A stretch of DNA of 63,880 nt, counting the filler, from Octopus bimaculoides (taxonomy: Eukaryota), in the NCBI RefSeq assembly GCF_001194135.2. It is 7 parts of 7 records of this genome, joined end to end, with 100 filler letters (N's around TTAATTAATTAA, not from the genome) between each part and the next. Parts side by side here need not be neighbours in the genome. Positions count along the whole stretch, not along the records: positions 58,436 to 62,723 come from NC_069007.1; positions 62,824 to 63,880 come from NC_069006.1; 5 more parts are not named here. One strand, given 5' to 3'. The translations under genes were made by a program, and so were the position numbers. How positions within the stretch are numbered: the first letter of the stretch is position 1; each line of letters begins with the position of its first letter. The notes under the pieces were generated by a model. The model did not search any database and was not told the DNA's origin. It worked only from the letters and a program-made list of their open reading frames with translations. Of this stretch, positions 61,590 to 63,880 are shown piece by piece.

Positions 61590-61704
61590 TATATTCGATG
61601 TTCAAATCCCGCCGAGGTCGACTTTGCCTTTCATCCTTTCCGGGGTCGATTAAGTTCCAGTTGCGTACTAGGGTCGATCTAATCGACTGTCCCCAATCTC
61701 CAAA
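61590..61704 (+). mobile_element. SINE-B fragment, 3'-truncated at the palindrome
   Basis: gttcaaatcccgccgaggtcgactttgcctttcatcctttc..gatctaatcgactgtcccc. Confidence 0.85.
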
Positions 61705-62108
61705 AATTATCAGATGAGATCAAATTCCCGTAGAATAATAACAGGAGACTGCAATGAAAGGGAAGAAAAATTCTCCGAATACAGAATACCAGAGGCTTTG
61801 AAGCCTGACGGAAGGGACACTTTATTTCGTATCTGTAATCCTTGTGAATACCAGCAGACACATGAGAATATGTGTTAAGGCACTTACCCTTCACTCACAA
61901 GTAAGTATGGTAAGTATGGTCCCTTATTAGTGCCTTAACACATATTCTCATGTGTCTGCTGGTATTCACAAGGATTACAGATACGAAATAAAGTGTCCCT
62001 TCCGTCAGGCTTCAAAGCCTCTGGTATTCTGTATTCGGAGAATTTTTCTTCCCTTTCATTGCAGTCTCCTGTTATTATTCTACGGGAATTTGATCTCATC
62101 TGATAATT
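61705..62108. repeat. Perfect inverted repeat: 180-bp arms, 44-bp spacer
   Basis: 61705-61884 is the exact reverse complement of 61929-62108 by base-by-base reading. Confidence 0.95.
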
Positions 62109-62482
62109 GGTGTTACCAAATTCTATAGAAAAAAGGAAAGGGTCGAAACAGACTTAATACTGTAAACCACTTCGGATATGCTTAGGAAAGAACATATATA
62201 CATATATATATATACAAACATGTATGTATAGATAGGTATAGATAGGTAGGTACAGTCATAATTACATACGTATATATAAACATACATATGTATACATGTA
62301 TGTATATATGTATATATATATGTATGTATGTAGGTATGTATCTACGTATGTATATATGGGTCTTAACAGCCTCTATTCATCTCACACTTCTTTCTCGCTA
62401 TCAATTTCGTGAACTATTTCCCAATAGACAACAGATCAATAATGACAACTTTTATCGTATATAAATAGAATATAAATAGTAT

Positions 62483-62522
<40 letters not shown>

Positions 62523-62680
62523 GCATGCATATATGCATGTATGTATGTATGCATGTATGTATGTATGTATGTATGTATATACACACACTAGGATATTTAC
62601 GTCACTAAATAATTGATTTGTATGAACACTGCAGTGGCTGGTTATGCATATATATGTATATACGTGTACATATATGTATA

Positions 62681-62723
<43 letters not shown>

Positions 62724-63064
62724 NNNNNNNNNNNNNNNNNNNNNNNNNNNNNNNNNNNNNNNNNNNNTTAATTAATTAANNNNNNNNNNNNNNNNNNNNN
62801 NNNNNNNNNNNNNNNNNNNNNNNGTGTAAAAAATAAGTACCAGTTGAACACAGGGATCAATATAATCGACTATTCTCCACCTGCCCGAAGCCGCCGTTGT
62901 GGGAAAAATTCAAAATAATAATAATAATAAATAAATAATAATAATAATGACCTCTGCCGATCAAACTCCCAACCCACAACTAAGTCTTAAGTGTATATAT
63001 ATATGGGCAACACACACACTAAATAAAAAAGATGTTAGTAAGTAAAAGTGTTTTAAAAAAGATT

Positions 63065-63428
63065 GTTAAATTTTCAGATTAACACCCGTACGATTTTCAC
63101 TACAGTGTTAGGGTTAGTGGGTACTACTAAAGCAGCACGGTTCCGAACGCGCATTCACGCGTCCGCGCTAGCTGGTCTTGAGTGGTCAACCCTAACCCTA
63201 ACCCTATCCCTAGCCCTAACCCTAACCCTAACCCTGTCCCTAACCCTAAACCTATCCCTAACCCGCGTGTGCAAATGAATACGTGGTTAGGGTTAGGATC
63301 GACCACTCACGACTAGCTAGCGCGGACGCGCGACTGCGCGTTCGGGACCGTGCTGCTTTAGTAGTACCGGGTTAGGGTTTGTTAGGGTTAGGTAGGCAAT
63401 GATGCGGGTGTTAATCTGAAGATTTACG
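63065..63428. mobile_element. Older Merlin-like telomeric-repeat MITE (related to 54284-54551), host of a nested insertion
   Basis: TIRs gttaaattttcagattaacacccg / cgggtgttaatctgaagatttacg; perfect 8-bp TSD aaaagatt (63057-63064, 63429-63436); ttagggtt interior. Confidence 0.88.
63120..63368. mobile_element. Second Merlin-like MITE family (249 bp) with GC-rich TIRs and CCCTAA/TTAGGG interior
   Basis: TIR ggtactactaaagcagcacgg..gagtggtc, 68 bp with 5 mismatches, extending into ccctaacc/ggttaggg; 9-bp TSD gggttagtg/gggttaggg (8/9). Confidence 0.9.
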
Positions 63429-63880
63429 AAAAGATTTTCAAGAAAAACTCACAGTTTGTAGGGAATAAATGTTTGTTGATCGTATTTGAGTAAGATGTCT
63501 CGCTGGTAAATGACGGTGTTAGAAATGGAAAGTAAACTTATAATTCCCTCCAATTAGAATGAGGTCATTGGTAACCATAGGTACATATATATGTGTATAT
63601 TTACGTATGATTGGCAGTGTGTCTGTTTATTTGACACTCACTCCCCTTCATTTCTTTGTCTTTTTTCTTGGACCATTCGTAAACGTTCATAAGAGAAAGT
63701 AGCAATTGAAACGATGTGTAAGAGGAATAGAAATAGTTTTAGAGGGACAAAGTAATTTTGTATGTAGTTTTTAGTATCTGTCATTACAGTATCGAAATGT
63801 GATTGTTTCAGTTTTGATAGTTTTCTTTTTCTCCTTCCTTTCTTTTTGTATTTGTTGTTGGAGTTTTCGTAAAGGTTCAT

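Overview
AT-rich animal genomic DNA, inferred to be octopus/coleoid cephalopod from its tRNA-SINE repertoire and extreme microsatellite load. It has many N gaps, six of which carry an artificial TTAATTAATTAA linker. I can support no intact protein-coding gene, rRNA, tRNA gene or CRISPR array; nearly all long ORFs in the track are microsatellite or gap artefacts. The window is a layered mobile-element graveyard: four short retroposon families (my labels SINE-A, -B, -C, repeat-D), a near full-length hAT/Buster fossil (9262-12584), mariner/Tc1 remnants and MITEs, Helitron/Helentron-type elements, and RTE, R4/Dong-like, Tx1-like, Penelope-like and Gypsy fragments. Most notable: (1) two Merlin-like MITE families carrying telomeric TTAGGG/CCCTAA tracts, one nested in the telomeric tract of the other (54284-54551; 63065-63428 containing 63120-63368); (2) a perfect 180-bp inverted repeat with a splice-donor-rich 44-bp spacer (61705-62108); (3) two foldable hammerhead ribozyme motifs at the 3' ends of Penelope-like remnants (39702-39763, 37438-37487); (4) a chain of five different R4/Dong-like and two antisense Tx1-like LINE 3' ends stacked in (TAA)n tracts (36.1-45.0 kb); (5) an RTE LINE with a twin-priming-type 5' inversion; (6) a sharply CpG-depleted ~2-3 kb domain near 55-57.9 kb that suggests a methylated gene body. 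All alignments and folds were done by eye; family names are motif-based, not database hits.
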